Shown here piece by piece: positions 49,838 through 62,560 of a stretch of 64,000 bases of DNA. Source of the stretch: Octopus sinensis (lineage: Eukaryota); the NCBI RefSeq assembly GCF_006345805.1, contig NC_043026.1:12255579-12319578 (forward strand), in the 5' to 3' direction. Both the position numbers and the translations under genes were made by a program. Under the pieces are notes generated by a model. The model had not been told where the DNA came from, did not search any database, and saw only the letters and a program-made list of their open reading frames with translations. The first letter of the stretch is position 1. Each line of letters starts with the position of its first letter.

Positions 49838-50602
49838 CTGGTGGCCATGGTGGTGACAGGTGCCAGAAAAGGAAAAAAGAAAAAAAAAGAAGCATTAGTG
49901 ATATTAATGACAGTTGTTGACATATATATATCATCATCATCATCATCATCATTATTTAATGTCCATTTTCCACACTGGTATGGGTTGGACAGCAAAGTGG
50001 CAGAATCGTTAGAATCCCGGGCGAAATGCTTAACAGTATTTCGTCTGTCTTTACGTTCTGAGTTCAAATTCTGCCGAGATCAACTTTGCCTTTCATCTTT
50101 TCGGGGTCGATTAAATAAGTACCAGTCGCGCACTGGGGTCGATATAATCGACTTAATCCGTTTGTCTGTCCTTGTTTGTCCTCTCTGTGTTTAGCCCCCT
50201 ATGGGTAGTAAAGAAATAGGTATACTGGCAGAAACGTTAGCACGCCGGGCGAAATGCTCAGCAGTATTTCATCTGCCGTTACGTTCTGAGTTCAAATTCC
50301 GCTGAGATTGACTTTGCCTTTCATCTTTTCGGGGTCGATTAAATAAGTACCAGTCATGCACTGGGGTCGATGTAATCGACTTAATCCGTTGTTGTCTGTC
50401 CTTGTTGTCCCCTCTGTGTTTTAGCCCCTTGTGGGTAGTAAAGAAATAAGAAGACAAGGGAGAGATGAGAGAGTGCAAGGAGAAGAAGGGCAAAGAGGAG
50501 ACTGGGGAGGTGAGGTGAGGTGGAGTGACGAATAGGATCTAAGCCGGAAGGGGTAGCGGTGGTGGTGGTGGTAGTGGTGATAAGGGGACAGGGTTATTAG
50601 GA

Positions 50603-50746
50603 TCAATCATCAGTGTTGCGGTAACGTGATGCCCACATGTACATCTTGCTTCCTGATGCGGTGAGGAGGACAGCATCAGATGGATGGTGACTGAGTGAAT
50701 GTACAGGTCTTTGATCAGGATGCTCCAGCTTGGCTTTCGTCTCAGC
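50603..50746 (-). CDS. WDR83: WDR83 terminal coding exon (AETKAKLEHPDQRPVHSLSHHPSDAVLLTASGSKMYMWASRYRNTDD*)
   Basis: Phase-0 CAG acceptor; corresponds to the last WD strand region (V.SL..HP....LLTA) of WDR83 as I recall the human sequence. Confidence 0.8.
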   Translation of the reverse strand, partial: AETKAKLEHPDQRPVHSLSHHPSDAVLLTASGSKMYMWASRYRNTDD

Positions 50747-50899
50747 CTGGTGGCCATGGTGGTGACAGGTGCCAGAAAAGGAAAAAAAAAGAAAAAAAAA
50801 GAAGCATTAGTGATATTAATGACAGTTGTTGACATATATATATCATCATCATCATCATCATTATTTAATGTCCATTTTCCACACTGGTATGGGTTGGAC

Positions 50900-51530
50900 A
50901 GCAAAGTGGCAGAATCGTTAGAATCCCGGGCGAAATGCTTAACAGTATTTCGTCTGTCTTACGTTCTGAGTTCAAATTCTGCCGAGATCAACTTTGCCTT
51001 CATCTTTTCGGGGTCGATTAAATAAGTACCAGTCGCGCACTGGGGTCGATATAATCGACTTAATCCGTTTGTCTGTCCTTGTTTGTCCTCTCTGTGTTTA
51101 GCCCCCTATGGGTAGTAAAGAAATAGGTATACTGGCAGAAACGTTAGCACGCCGGGCGAAATGCTCAGCAGTATTTCATCTGCCGTTACGTTCTGAGTTC
51201 AAATTCCGCTGAGATTGACTTTGCCTTTCATCTTTTCGGGGTCGATTAAATAAGTACCAGTCATGCACTGGGGTCGATGTAATCGACTTAATCCGTTTGT
51301 CTGTCCTTGTTTGTCCTCTCTGTGTTTAGCCCCTTGTGGGTAATAAAGAAATAGGTATTTCGTCTGCCGTTACGTTCTGAGTTCAAATTCCGCCGAGGTT
51401 GACTTTGCCTTTCATCTTTTCGGGGTCAATTAAATAAGTACCAGTTACGCACTGGGGGCGATATAATCGACTTAATCCCTTTGTCTGTCCTCTCTGTGTT
51501 TAGCCCCTTGTGGGTAATAAAGAAATAGGT
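50900..51530 (+). mobile_element. SINE family C, three units
   Basis: Family C sequence; partly belongs to the 909-bp duplication. Confidence 0.8.
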
Positions 51531-52205
51531 TTGACTGAGGTCTGGTGAGCCAGCAGCTGCACCAGGCTCCAATCTGATCTGGCAATGTTTCTACAGCTGG
51601 ATGCCCTTCCTAACACCAAGCACTCTGAGAGTGTAGTGGGTGCTTTTTATGTGCCACCGGCACAGGAGCCAGTCGGACAGGCCTGGCATCAATGACATTC
51701 GGATAGTGCTTTATACGTGCCACCGGCATGGGGGCCACCCAGGGAGTTCTAGCATCAGCCACATACAACCAGCACAGGGGCTAGTCAGGCAGTCCTGGCA
51801 TCAATGACATTCGGATAGTGCTTTATACGTGCCACCAGCATGGGGGCCACCCAGGGAGTTCTAGCATCAGCCACGTACCACCAGCACAGGGGCTAGTCAG
51901 GCAGTCCTGGCATCAATGACATTCGGATAGTGCTTTATACGTGCCACCGGCATGGGGGCCACCCAGGGAGTTCTAGCATCAGCCACATACAACCAGCACA
52001 GGGGCTAGTCAGGCAGTCCTGGCATCAATGACATTCGGATAGTGCTTTATACGTGCCACCGGCATGGGGGCCACCCAGGGAGTTCTAGCATCAGCCACGT
52101 ACCACCAGCACAGGGGCTGGTCAGGCAGTCCTGGCATCAGTCATGTTCGGATGGTGCATTTTATATGCCACCAGCACGGGAGCAAGTTGGGGCACTGGCA
52201 ACAGC
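51530..52205 (-). mobile_element. Family E element with a divergent 112-bp 5' repeat (4 units)
   Basis: ACATTCGGATAGTGC at 51695/51807/51919/52031. Confidence 0.7.
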
Positions 52206-52640
52206 TCCGAACCCCCATGGTTCTTGGTCTCATTTGTCTTATGAAGAAAGGCTGAAGACGCTCGACCTTTATTCTCTAGAAAAACGACAACGCCGTAGTG
52301 ATCTCATTCTCGCTCACAACATCATAAGCGGAAAGTGTAACCTCTCGAAAGAGCTGTTCTTCACTCCTGCTCCAGAGCGTCGGCTGTGGGGTCACTCCGA
52401 AAAGCTCTATCTGTGACGATTTCATCTCAATCGAAGGAGAGGGGCTTTCTCCGTCTGGGTTGCAGATCCGTGGAATAAGCTGCCGGACGAGATAGTGAAG
52501 ATGACGACGACCGCTCGGTTCAAAGTCTCTCTTGACCAGAAATGGCCCGAACTCTTTGCATGAACACCCTCCGTGTACATAACTCCATGTCCCCCTACAT
52601 GACCTTGCTTTTTGCTTTTTGAGCCAAAAAATTAACTAAA
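52205..52640 (+). mobile_element. CR1-group LINE 3' fragment
   Basis: Same family as 9022-9700 (SYEERLKTLDLYSLEKR...). Confidence 0.85.
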
Positions 52641-53194
52641 CTACTTGACTCAACAGGTCTTCTCAAGCATATCATATTGCGCAGGTACTCTTAAATGGGC
52701 CAGACATGCAACACTGGTATCAGCCATGGCTGCAATCCCACTTTAGTTGCCGGGTCTCCTCAATCACAGCATATCTCCAAACGTCTCGGTCTCCTGTCAT
52801 TGCCTCTGTGAGGCCCAATGTTCGAAGGTCATGCTTCACCCTATATCTGTAATGACTATATATATATATATAGATAGATAGATTTACATACATATATATA
52901 ATAACTTTTAAGTTAAATCCTGTGGAGGGTTAATTGGGCCTGTAGCTCAAAACTAATAAGAAAAATAATAATAATAATAAAGCATTTATTGGTACCCTAC
53001 CAACTCAAATTTCTATCACCCATGTCTTCCCGGGTCTACCTCTTCCACAGGTTCCTTCTACAGTTAGAGAGTAGCACTTGCTCACACAGCTGTCCTCATC
53101 CATACATAACACATAACCATACCAGTGCAGTCATCTCTCTTGCACAACACGTTTGATGCTTCTTATGCCCAACTTTTCTCTCAGGGTGCTTTAG

Positions 53195-53572
53195 AAGCAC
53201 TCCGTCGGTTACGACGACGAGGGTTCCGGTTGATCCAAATCAACGGAACAGCCTGCTCGTGAAATTAACGTGTAAGTGGCTGAGCACTCCACAGACACGT
53301 GTACCCTTAACGTAGTTCTTGGAGATATTCAGCATGACACAGAGAGTGACAAGGCCGGCCCCTTGAAATACAGGTACAACAGAAACAGGAAGTAAGAGTG
53401 AGAGAAAGTTGTGGTGAAAGAGTACAGCAGGGATCACCACCATCCCCTGCCGGAGCCTCGTGGAGCTTTTAGGTGTTTTCGCTCAATAAACACTCACAAC
53501 GCCCGGTCTGGGAATCGAAACCGCGATCCTATGACTGCGAGTCCGCTGCCCTAACCACTGGGCCACTGGGTG
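53195..53572 (-). mobile_element. SINE family B, full length
   Basis: Near-identical to 41755-42137. Confidence 0.8.
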
Positions 53573-53639
53573 CTTACACTCTGTCGTGTACACACACTGA
53601 CATTACACATCAAGTGGATTATACTAGCTTCATTTCTTT

Positions 53640-53860
53640 CAAGCCAATGCATATCCCCAGCAGTCATGGCCCCTGTTTCACTGCTGTGTAGCATGGCAGT
53701 TCACACACATGCATCATACAGTCTGCCTTTCATCCTGAGCAAGGGGCGCTTAGTTGCCAGCAGAGGTAGAAGCTCCCTGAACTTTGCCCAGGCTATCCTT
53801 ATTCTAGCTGCTACACTCTTGGATCAACCACCCCCATTACAAACTTGGTCATCTAGGTAG
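53640..53860 (-). mobile_element. RTE-type LINE RT fragment
   Basis: ARIRIAWAKFRELLPLL...KGRLYDACV*TAMLHSSET. Confidence 0.7.
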
Positions 53861-53917
53861 CAGAAGCTATTAACTACTTCTAGTTTCTTCCCCTGGCATG
53901 TGATGGAATCTGTTTTA

Positions 53918-54197
53918 GTTAGTTAGTTAGTTAATTTGGCTCAAAAGCAAATAGCAAGGCCATGTAGGGGGACATGGAGTTAAGTACAGGGTGGTGTTCA
54001 TGTAAAGAGTTCAGGTTACTTGAGGTCAAGGGAGGCTTTGAACAAAGCGGTCGTCGGCATCTTCACCATCTCGTCTGGCAGCTTGTTCCACGGATCCGCA
54101 ACCCGGACGGAGAAAGCTCCTCTCCTTCGATTGAGATGAAATCGTCGCAGGTAGAGCTTTTCGGAATGACCCCGCAGCCGACGCTCTGGAGCGTTTA
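53918..54197 (-). mobile_element. CR1-group LINE 3' fragment
   Basis: RRFHLNRRRGAFSVRVADPWNKLP and a (TAAC)n tail. Confidence 0.8.
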
Positions 54198-54264
54198 TTG
54201 CCCCTGTGCAATTGTTAAAGGATGAAAACTGTTGAAGTACTCATCAGAAGAATAATTAATAAAG

Positions 54265-54678
54265 GCGGCGAGTTGGCAGAAACGTTAGCATGCCGGGTGA
54301 AATGCATTGCGATATTTCGTCTTCCGCTACATTCTGAGTTCAAATTCCGCCGAGGTCGACTTTGCCTTTCATCCTTTCGGGGTCGGTAAATTAAGTACCA
54401 GTTACACACTGGGGTCGATGTAATCGACTTAATCCATTTGTCTGTCCTTGTTTGTCCCCTCATGTTTAGCTCCTTGTGGGTAATAAAGAAATAGGTATTT
54501 CGTCTGCTGTTACGTTGTGAGTTCAAATTCCGCCGAGGTCGACTTTGCCTTTCATCCTCTCGGGGTCGGTAAATTAAGTACCAATTACACACTGGGGTCG
54601 ATGTAATCGACTTAATCCATTTGTCTGTCCTTGTTTGTCCCCTCTATGTTTCGCCCCTTGTGGGTAGTAAAGAAATAA
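54265..54678 (+). mobile_element. SINE family C, two units
   Basis: Family C sequence with an AAGAATAA(T/A)TAAT-like flanking repeat. Confidence 0.8.
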
Positions 54679-54752
54679 GAAGAATAAATAATTTCAGAAC
54701 ATTCGGTTTCATACAGCTGAAATTCTGTTCTTCAGAGACAAAAGATACTCAC

Positions 54753-54867
54753 ACTGATAAGATCCCAGATATATACAATTCCGTCCTCAGATCCACTTAG
54801 GATTAAGTTGTCAGTATTGTTAAGACAGCTATCAATTTTATACTCAGAGTTGCGATGTCCACTGTAC
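54753..54867 (-). CDS. WDR83: WDR83 exon (E-YSGHRNSEYKIDSCLNNTDNLILSGSEDGIVYIWDLIS)
   Basis: CAG acceptor, GTGAGT donor, phase 2 to 0, 115 nt. Confidence 0.9.
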
Positions 54868-54922
54868 CTGTGGTGAAAAGTAAAGTAAAAATAGCAATAA
54901 GTACTTTGATGAAATGGATTAA

Positions 54923-55097
54923 CCCTTTAGTATTTAAACCGGCCATATCTGGCCAAAATATTTAATCTGTTTTATGTTCAAACTGACCAGATCCAGGCTC
55001 TCACACCTACCCTACAATGTTATTCTACATTATGTAATTACACCATCAAGATCTTGAAGATATGAGATAATGCATGATTAATCAGAACACTAAAGGG
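54923..55097. mobile_element. piggyBac-type MITE, 175 bp
   Basis: TTAA-CCCTTTAGT...ACTAAAGGG-TTAA. Confidence 0.8.
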
Positions 55098-55481
55098 TTA
55101 AAAAGATAAAAAGCAAAATTATAACTGCATGAACATTGAACACACACACACACACACATGCATACATGTATAAACATGTACTAAATGGCTAGAAAACCAG
55201 CTAGGCAATTGGTATACATGGATAAGGGTCAACCGGAAAGGAAGAGATCTTTTAACTTTTACTTGTTTCAGATATTAGAATGTGACCTTGCTGGGGCACC
55301 GCCTCAAGGTAATTTTAATCAAATTAATTGACCTCAGCATTTATTTTCTGGTATTTATTCTATCAGTCTCTTTTTAATGAACCGCTAAGTTATGGGGATT
55401 TAAATATACCAACAGCTGTTGTGAAGCAGTGGTAGGGGTCAAACTCAGACGCAAAGACACACACACATAGAAATATATATA

Positions 55482-55720
55482 TCATCGTTTAATGTCCGTT
55501 TTCCATGCTAGCATGGGTTGGACGGTTCAACTGGGGTCTGGGAAGCCAGAAGGCTGCACCAGGCCCAGTCTGATCTGGCAGTGTTTCTACAGCTTGATGC
55601 CCTTCCTAACGCCAACCACTCCGTGAGTGTAGTGGGTGCTTTTTACGTGCCACCTGCACAGGTGCCAGACGAGGCTGGCAACTACCAATCGGATGGTGCT
55701 TTTTACGTACCACCGGCATA
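55482..55720 (-). mobile_element. Family E element with 1-2 5' units
   Basis: Family E body. Confidence 0.75.
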
Positions 55721-56412
55721 TATATATATATATACACATAAAGTTAATCCAAACAAGAAAGCACAAAAAAACACAACGTGAGGACATGGAAGAAACATAG
55801 TATTATTGGACGCTCAGGAAAGAAGGAGGGTTTAACGTTTCAAGTGGAGCTCTTTGTCGGAAACATAGGAGAAGGAAAGATCCAGAGAAGGGAAGACAGA
55901 GGAAGAAAAATCGCCAATGGTACACACGCGGTCACATATATACGACGGGCTTCTTTCAGTTTCCGTCTACCAAATCCACTCAAGGCTTTGGTCAGCCTGA
56001 GGCTATATAGCAGAAGATACTTGTTCAAGGTACCACGCATTGAGATTGAACCCAGAACCACGTGGTCGAGAAGCAAACTTCTTACCACACAACCATGCCT
56101 GTGCCTATATAGATGATGTAGTCTCAGATACACTATATCTGTATAAAAGACAGGATGGTCACAGCTGGAACGTCTTTGATCATAGGTCTGCTGGATCAGA
56201 TCCGACCTGGGGCTAAAAATGACAACAACAAAGAAGGACACATTAGATGATGTGGTCCTGGATACACAATGTGTGAGAATAAAAATGAGAAGGCCTAGGG
56301 CTAAAATGACAACAACAACAACAACAACAATAACAACAAACAATAATAACAATGAATGGTGTTCATTACTGAACCAAATAACTGCTAATTAATTAGTGAA
56401 TAATTTCCTCAC

Positions 56413-56521
56413 TCGTTTAATAATTCTCCTGTCTGTTTATCGAAAAGTCGTAAGAGACCATCAAGGGAGCTCGCAAGGACACACTGGCTGTCTTTGGTGA
56501 AGGTCACGCAGGTGATTGTTT
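56413..56521 (-). CDS. WDR83: WDR83 exon (K-TITCVTFTKDSQCVLASSLDGLLRLFDKQTGELLN)
   Basis: CAG acceptor, GTGAG donor, phase 1 to 2, 109 nt. Confidence 0.9.
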
Positions 56522-56634
56522 CTGGAAGCAAAGTTGATGAAAAATACATGATGAGGGATTGCATCTGCACCAAACTATAACGCTGTGTAATAAATCTTAG
56601 TTAAAAAATTTTTTTATTATTATTATTATTATTA

Positions 56635-56805
56635 GGTGCAGGAGTGGCTGTGTGGTAAGTAGCTTGCTAACAAACCACATGGTTCCGGGTTCAGTCCCAC
56701 TGCGTGGCATCTTGGGCAAGTGTCATCTGCTATAGCCCCGGGCCGACCAATGCCTTGTGAGTGGATTTGGTAGACGGAAACTGAAAGAAGCCCGTCGTAT
56801 ATATG

Positions 56806-56840
<35 letters not shown>

Positions 56841-57043
56841 GTGTTTGTGTTTGTCCCCCTAGCATTGCTTGACAACCGATGCTGGTGTGTTTACGTCCCC
56901 GTCACTTAGCGGTTCGGCAAAAGAGACCGATAGAATAAGTACTGGGCTTGCAAAGAATAAGTCCCGGGGTCGATTTGCTCGACTAAAGGCGGTGCTCCAG
57001 CATGGCCGCAGTCAAATGACTGAAACAAGTAAAAGAGTAAAAA
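56635..57043 (+). mobile_element. SINE family A, full length
   Basis: Family A head to tail. Confidence 0.85.
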
Positions 57044-57739
57044 AGAGAGTATTATTATTATTATTATTATTTTTTTTTTTTGTCTTTGGTCAGTGAGTGT
57101 TACTTCTTATTTTCGGATCTTTTCCGTTTGAACGGCAGTTTTTTCTAGCGGTGTCATATGAAATTGTCACCCATAATTATAACCCTAGTATCGATCTATT
57201 GCATTTCAATCTATTTTAGATTTAGGGTTAGGGGGGAAGGGTATCTTTTTTTTCTTCACAAATGTAAATAAACCCAATCTGTTTCTTAAACGAGGGACAT
57301 ATTCATACGGCACAGAATGTTTTCACCTCAATAGACGTCATTGATTGGTTGAAATTGCAGATATTGAAGGAAAAAAAACCCCAAATATCTTACAAACTAT
57401 AGAATTTTCGTAATAAAGTCAAGAGAAAAAATGTTTTATTTTGACATATTCTACCAGTATACGAAGTTTAAAAGTGTTTAGTTATGTGGAAATTATGTTA
57501 AAAAATCTGCTGGTCAAACTGAAAAGATCCTTATTTTCTTCTGTCTAGAAATCAAAGGAAATGACTACTATTCCCTTCAAACTTTGGTTTTTGTAAGCTG
57601 GACATCAACAGTTTGAAACTGACCAATTTTCCATTACATTTTAGATAGATTTGCTGAGTTGCTGAAGCTGAAATATCATTATAAGAAATATTCTGCTCAA
57701 TACCACGGATTTGTTTGTCAGTTATTTATTTGACCTTAA

Positions 57740-58749
57740 CCCTTTCGTTACTGCATTTATTTTGAGATGCTTTGTGTTTCTTTCAATTAATTTTAAATAT
57801 AACAAAGAATTTAGTAAAATAACTTAGTTATCGTTAAGCTAGTGGACAGGGCTGCGTGTTGTGTTCTTGAGCAAGGCACTTTATTTCACGTTGCTCCAGT
57901 TCACTCAGCTGTAGAAATGAGTTGCGACGTCACAGGTGCCAAGCTGTATCGGCCCTTGCCTTTCCCTTGGACAACATCGGTGATGTGGAGAGGGGAGGCC
58001 GGTATGCATGGGCGACTGCTGGTCTTCCAAAAAACAACCTTGCCCAGACTTGTGCCTCAGAGGGTATCTCTCTAGGTGCAAACCCATGGTCAGTGCCTGA
58101 CCGAAGGGGGTCTTAAAAAAAAAAAGTGTTAGGAACATAAATTGTGACTAAGGTTTGGTGACAGATTTTAATTCAAAACTTATGAAAATAAGACATTTGT
58201 ACTACAGAGCCAGAAGTGGTTTCAACCAGGTTGGTATCGAAAGGGTTAAGAATTGTTTCTCTATTATATATTTTAACCCTCTTGTTACTATATTTCTGTT
58301 GAGATGCTCTGAGTTTCTTTCAATTACTTTAAATATAACAAAGAATTTAGTAAAATAACTTAGTTATCATTCAGCTAGTGTTAGGAATATAAATTGTGAC
58401 TAAGGTTTGGTGGAAGATTTTAATTCAAAACTTGTGAAAACAAGACATTTGTACTACAGAGCCAGAGGTGGTTTCAACCAGGTTGGTATCAAAAGAGTTA
58501 AGAATTGTTTCTCTATTATATATTTTAACCCTCTTGTTACCATACTTCTGTTGAGATGCTCTGTGTTTCTTTCAATTACTTTAAATATAACAAAGAATTT
58601 AGTAAAATAACTTAGTTATCATTCAGCTAGTGTTAGGAACATAAATTGTGACTAAGGTTTGGTGGAAGATTTTAATTCAGAACTTTTGAAAACAAGACAT
58701 TTGTACTACAGAGCCAGAGGTGGTTTCAGCAGGGTTGGTAACGAGAGGG
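57740..58749. mobile_element. piggyBac-type composite MITE (three units) with a nested SINE D (57843-58115)
   Basis: TTAA(57736-39)-CCCTTTCGTTAC ... GTAACGAGAGGG-TTAA(58750-53); it splits a family F copy. Confidence 0.8.
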
Positions 58750-59113
58750 TTAACCATTTGAGCATGTCCCTTAGTGGCTGACAATATGTGCATCTCTGAT
58801 GATGAGTAGGAGCAGTTGGGGAGAATGATAGCCATGTGTTAAGAGGGACTCTTTGGGGTTTGAATAAATGTAACAAAAGCAATGTTTGAAGGTAATATTA
58901 GCCATTTTTTTCATATTTTCTAGGGGTAAACAAATAGGAAATAATAGTTGCTACATTAGGACAAAAATCACATTACACAGTATAGTCCTAGATACACTAT
59001 GTCAATAAAAGGTGGCAATGGTCACAGCTGGATCAACTTTAATCACAGATCCGCTGGGTCAGGTCTGATCTGGAGCTGCACAACAATAGTAATAAAAAGG
59101 ACTGTTTACTCAC

Positions 59114-59246
59114 TTCCAACGTAGTCACAGGTGAGTCGGCCAATCCGCAAGTCGTAGCGCCTGATGTAAGAATCGGCCGATCCGGAGAGAATCTCATGGT
59201 CCGACACTTGCAGTGACGTGATGCTGTCCTTGGCCTCTTTCAGTTT
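59114..59246 (-). CDS. WDR83: WDR83 exon (KLKEAKDSITSLQVSDHEILSGSADSYIRRYDLRIGRLTCDYVG)
   Basis: CAG acceptor, GTGAGT donor, phase 0 to 1, 133 nt; matches the WDR83 VSDHEIL...RRYDLR.G motif. Confidence 0.92.
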
Positions 59247-59600
59247 CTGAAGATGAGAAACAGAGAGTAAGAGAGAGAGAGAGAGAGGTATAAAGAAAGG
59301 TGAGGGAGAGAATGAGAGAGAGGTATAAAGAAAGGTGAGAGAGAGAGAGAAAGGAATTAGAGGGAGTGGGTAAAGAATGGAGTGGAAAAGTCAGAAAGAG
59401 AGAGTGGAAAGTAGAGAGTGGTATATAGAGAGAGAAAAGGAGAAAGGGGGAGTCAGATGTGGTGAGAGGTAGAAAAAGAGAGAAAGGAGTTGGGAAGAGT
59501 AGTAGTAGTAGTAGTTGTTGTTGTAGTAGTAGTAAAGAGTGATAGAGAGAGGGAAAGGAGAGGAGTTGGAAGGAATAAGAGAAAGATTATATTTTTGGAG

Positions 59601-59827
59601 GCGAGCTGGCAGAGTGGTTAGCACGCCGGGCGAAATGCGTAGCCGTATTTCTTCTGCCGCTACGTTCTGAGTTCAAATTCCACCAAGGTCGACTTTGCCT
59701 TTCATCGTTTTGGGGTTGATAAATTAAGTAGCAGTTATGCACTGGGGTCGATGTAATCGACTTAATCCGTTTGTCTGTCCTTGTTTGTACTCTCTGTGTT
59801 TAGCCCCTTGTGGGTAGTAAAGAAATA
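59601..59827 (+). mobile_element. SINE family C with 13-bp TSD TATATTTTTGGAG
   Basis: TSD at 59588-600 and 59828-40. Confidence 0.85.
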
Positions 59828-60144
59828 TATATTTTTGGAGTGGTTGATATTAGGAAGGGCATCCAGCTGTAGAAACTCTGCCAAATCAGACAAGATCTTG
59901 GTGCAGCTACCCAGCTTACCAGTTCCAGTCAAAGTGTCTGACACATATCAGCATGGAAAACAGATGCTACATATTGATGATGATGATGATGATGATGATA
60001 AGAGGGAGACGAATAAATAAACAGACATTGACAGCTCGACAAATGGGTGTGCATAGATAAGCGGACAGACACAAAGGCAGATGGACAAACAAATAGAGAG
60101 ATAGATAAGTGTGAGGGGTAAAGAAGTGAGGTAGAACAACCAAC

Positions 60145-60257
60145 CTGGATAGGTTCTGACTTCCGGCTGCGACAATCCCAGCAGAAAATGGTTCCATCGA
60201 CGGAACCAGATAAAATAACCGTTGACTCCTCATTGAACTTTACACAGCTGACAGTAC
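60145..60257 (-). CDS. WDR83: WDR83 exon (G-TVSCVKFNEESTVILSGSVDGTIFCWDCRSRKSEPIQ)
   Basis: CAG acceptor, GT donor, phase 1 to 0, 113 nt. Confidence 0.92.
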
Positions 60258-60421
60258 CTGTTGATGTTCAAGGGACATAAAAATAATAACAACAACAACA
60301 ATAGCAATAATAAAAAAAAAAACGATTATTACTATGATAACTAGCACTACTGTTTACACCTATCACCATCCCTATGGTCATCAGTACAGATGCCAAATCC
60401 ACCACCGCTACCATCACCATC

Positions 60422-60748
60422 AAGCGGAAAGTGTAACCTCTCGAAAGAGCTGTTCTTTACTCCTGCTCCAGAGCGTCGGCTGCGGGGTCATTCCGAAAAG
60501 CTCTACCTGCGACGATTTCATCTCAATCGAAGGAGAGGAGCTTTCTCCGTCCGGGTTGCGGATCCGTGGAACAAGCTGCCAGACGAGATGGTGAAGATGC
60601 CGACGACCGCTTTGTTCAAAGCCTCCCTGGACCTCAAGTGGCCCGAACTCTTTACATGAACACCACCCTGTACTTAACTCCATGTCCCCCTACATGGCCT
60701 TGCTATTTGCTTTTGAGCCAAATTAACTAACTAACTAACTAACTAACC
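60422..60748 (+). mobile_element. CR1-group LINE 3' fragment
   Basis: Same family as 9.0 kb; (CTAA)n tail. Confidence 0.85.
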
Positions 60749-60749
60749 A

Positions 60750-61850
60750 TTATCATTCATCATCATCATTGTTCGACCGTGGTCGAGACAATGGAATTTA
60801 CCATGCTACGCCAGACTTCACAGTCCATCATAGCATTACGGAGGTCCTGTTGCTGGATGCCTGTATCCCTGGAGATTACATCAGGGTAGGAGAGTGTGCG
60901 CCCTCTGGTATCGCGAGCAGATGGCTTCCAGAGGAGAAGAGTAGAAATTACCTCGTTTTCAGCTCTGCAACAATGTCCAGCAAACTGGACTCTCCTACCT
61001 TTCACAAGAGATGATATGTATGTATATATATATCATCATCATCATCATTGTTCGACCGTAGTCGAGACAATGGAATTTACTATGCTACGCTAGACTTCAC
61101 GGTCCATCATGGCATTACGGAGGTCCTGTTGCTGGATGCCTGTATCCCTGGAGATTACATCAGGGTAGGAGAGTGTGCGCCCTCTGGTATTGCGAGTAGA
61201 TGGCTTCCAGAGGAGATGAGTAGAAATTACCTCGTTTTCAGCTCTACAACAATGTCCAGCAAACTGGACTCTTCTACCTTTCACAAGAGATGATATGTAT
61301 GTATATATATATATCATCATCATCATTGTTTGACCGTGGTCGAGACGATACAATTTACTATGTTACACCAGACTTCATGGTCCATCATAGCATTACGGAG
61401 GTCTTGTTGCTGGATGCCTGTATCCCTGGAGATTACATCAGGGTAGGAGAGTGTGCGCCCTCTGGTATTGCGAGTAGATGGCTTCCAGAGGAGAAGAGTA
61501 GAAATTACCTCGTTTTCAGCTCTGCAACAATGTCCAGCAAACTGGACTCTCCTACCTTTCACAAGAGATGACACAGGTGGTAGTTTCCCATATATTTGCA
61601 TTTTGGTTGGATGACTCTTCTACACAGATACGTCTTCAACCATCTTAACCCCTGATGGAGAAACATCTTTCTCAATCAAAGCCTGTAATGACATGCATAA
61701 GATCTGGTCATCAACTCTATGTAGAGACTTCAAACTTGAAATCTTCAAAGCCACAGTTGAACCAATTCTACTATATGGCTCAGAAACCGGGACGTTATCA
61801 AAGAAGCTTGAGATGCGGTTGGATGGAACCTACACTCGCCTCCTTATCAC
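60750..61850 (-). mobile_element. RTE-type LINE with a triplicated 3' end (-) and an inverted upstream RT piece (+)
   Basis: VKGRRVQFAGHC...WKP...DVISRDTG x3 with (GAT)n tails; + strand 61622-61850 reads TILTPDGETSF then CNDMHKIW...ILLYGSET...LDGTYTRLL. Confidence 0.75.
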
Positions 61851-62086
61851 TATGATAGCATCACCTCTCACAAATATCCCTATACTTATCACCACAAGTG
61901 CAGTTGTGAGATCCACCAGCACCACCACCACCACCATCAGAGCTACTATACAATTACCACTGCAACTATAACCACACCACCTCTACCACTGCTACTACTA
62001 TATCACAATATTTACAATCACCATACAATTAGAATCATTGCAATGACCATCACCACCATCACAACACAACCACAACACTAATTTCT

Positions 62087-62560
62087 TTACTGCTCACAAA
62101 GGGGCTAAACATAGAGGGGACAAACAAGGACAGACAAAGGTATTAAGCCGATTACATCGACCCCAGTGCGTAACTGGTACTTATTTAATCGACCCCGAAA
62201 GGGTGAAAGGCAAAGTCGACCTCGGCGGAATTTGAACTCAGAACGTAACGGCAGACGAAATACTGCTAAGCATTTCACCCAGCGTGCTAACGTTTCTGCC
62301 AGCTCGCCGCCTTCGGTATAAGTACCTATTTCTTTATTGTCCACGAAAGGCTAAACATAGAGGGGACAAACAAGGACAGACATAGGTATTAAGTCGATTA
62401 CATCGACTCCAGTGCGTAACTGGTACTTTATTTATCGACCCTGAGAGGATGAAAGGCAAAGTTGACTGTAGCGGAATTTGAACTCAGAACGTAACGACAG
62501 ATGAAATACTGCTAAGCATTTCACCCGGCGTGCTAACATTTCTACCAGCTCGCCGCCTTA
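62087..62560 (-). mobile_element. SINE family C, two units
   Basis: Reverse-complement family C sequence. Confidence 0.8.

Noticed and set aside
54215-54745. Hammerhead-like words on - (CTGAAGA ACAG..CTGT AT GAAAC; CTGATGAGTAC)
   Set aside because: Stem I cannot form in either the type I or the type II arrangement, and the spacing is wrong. Treated as chance or a half-remnant.
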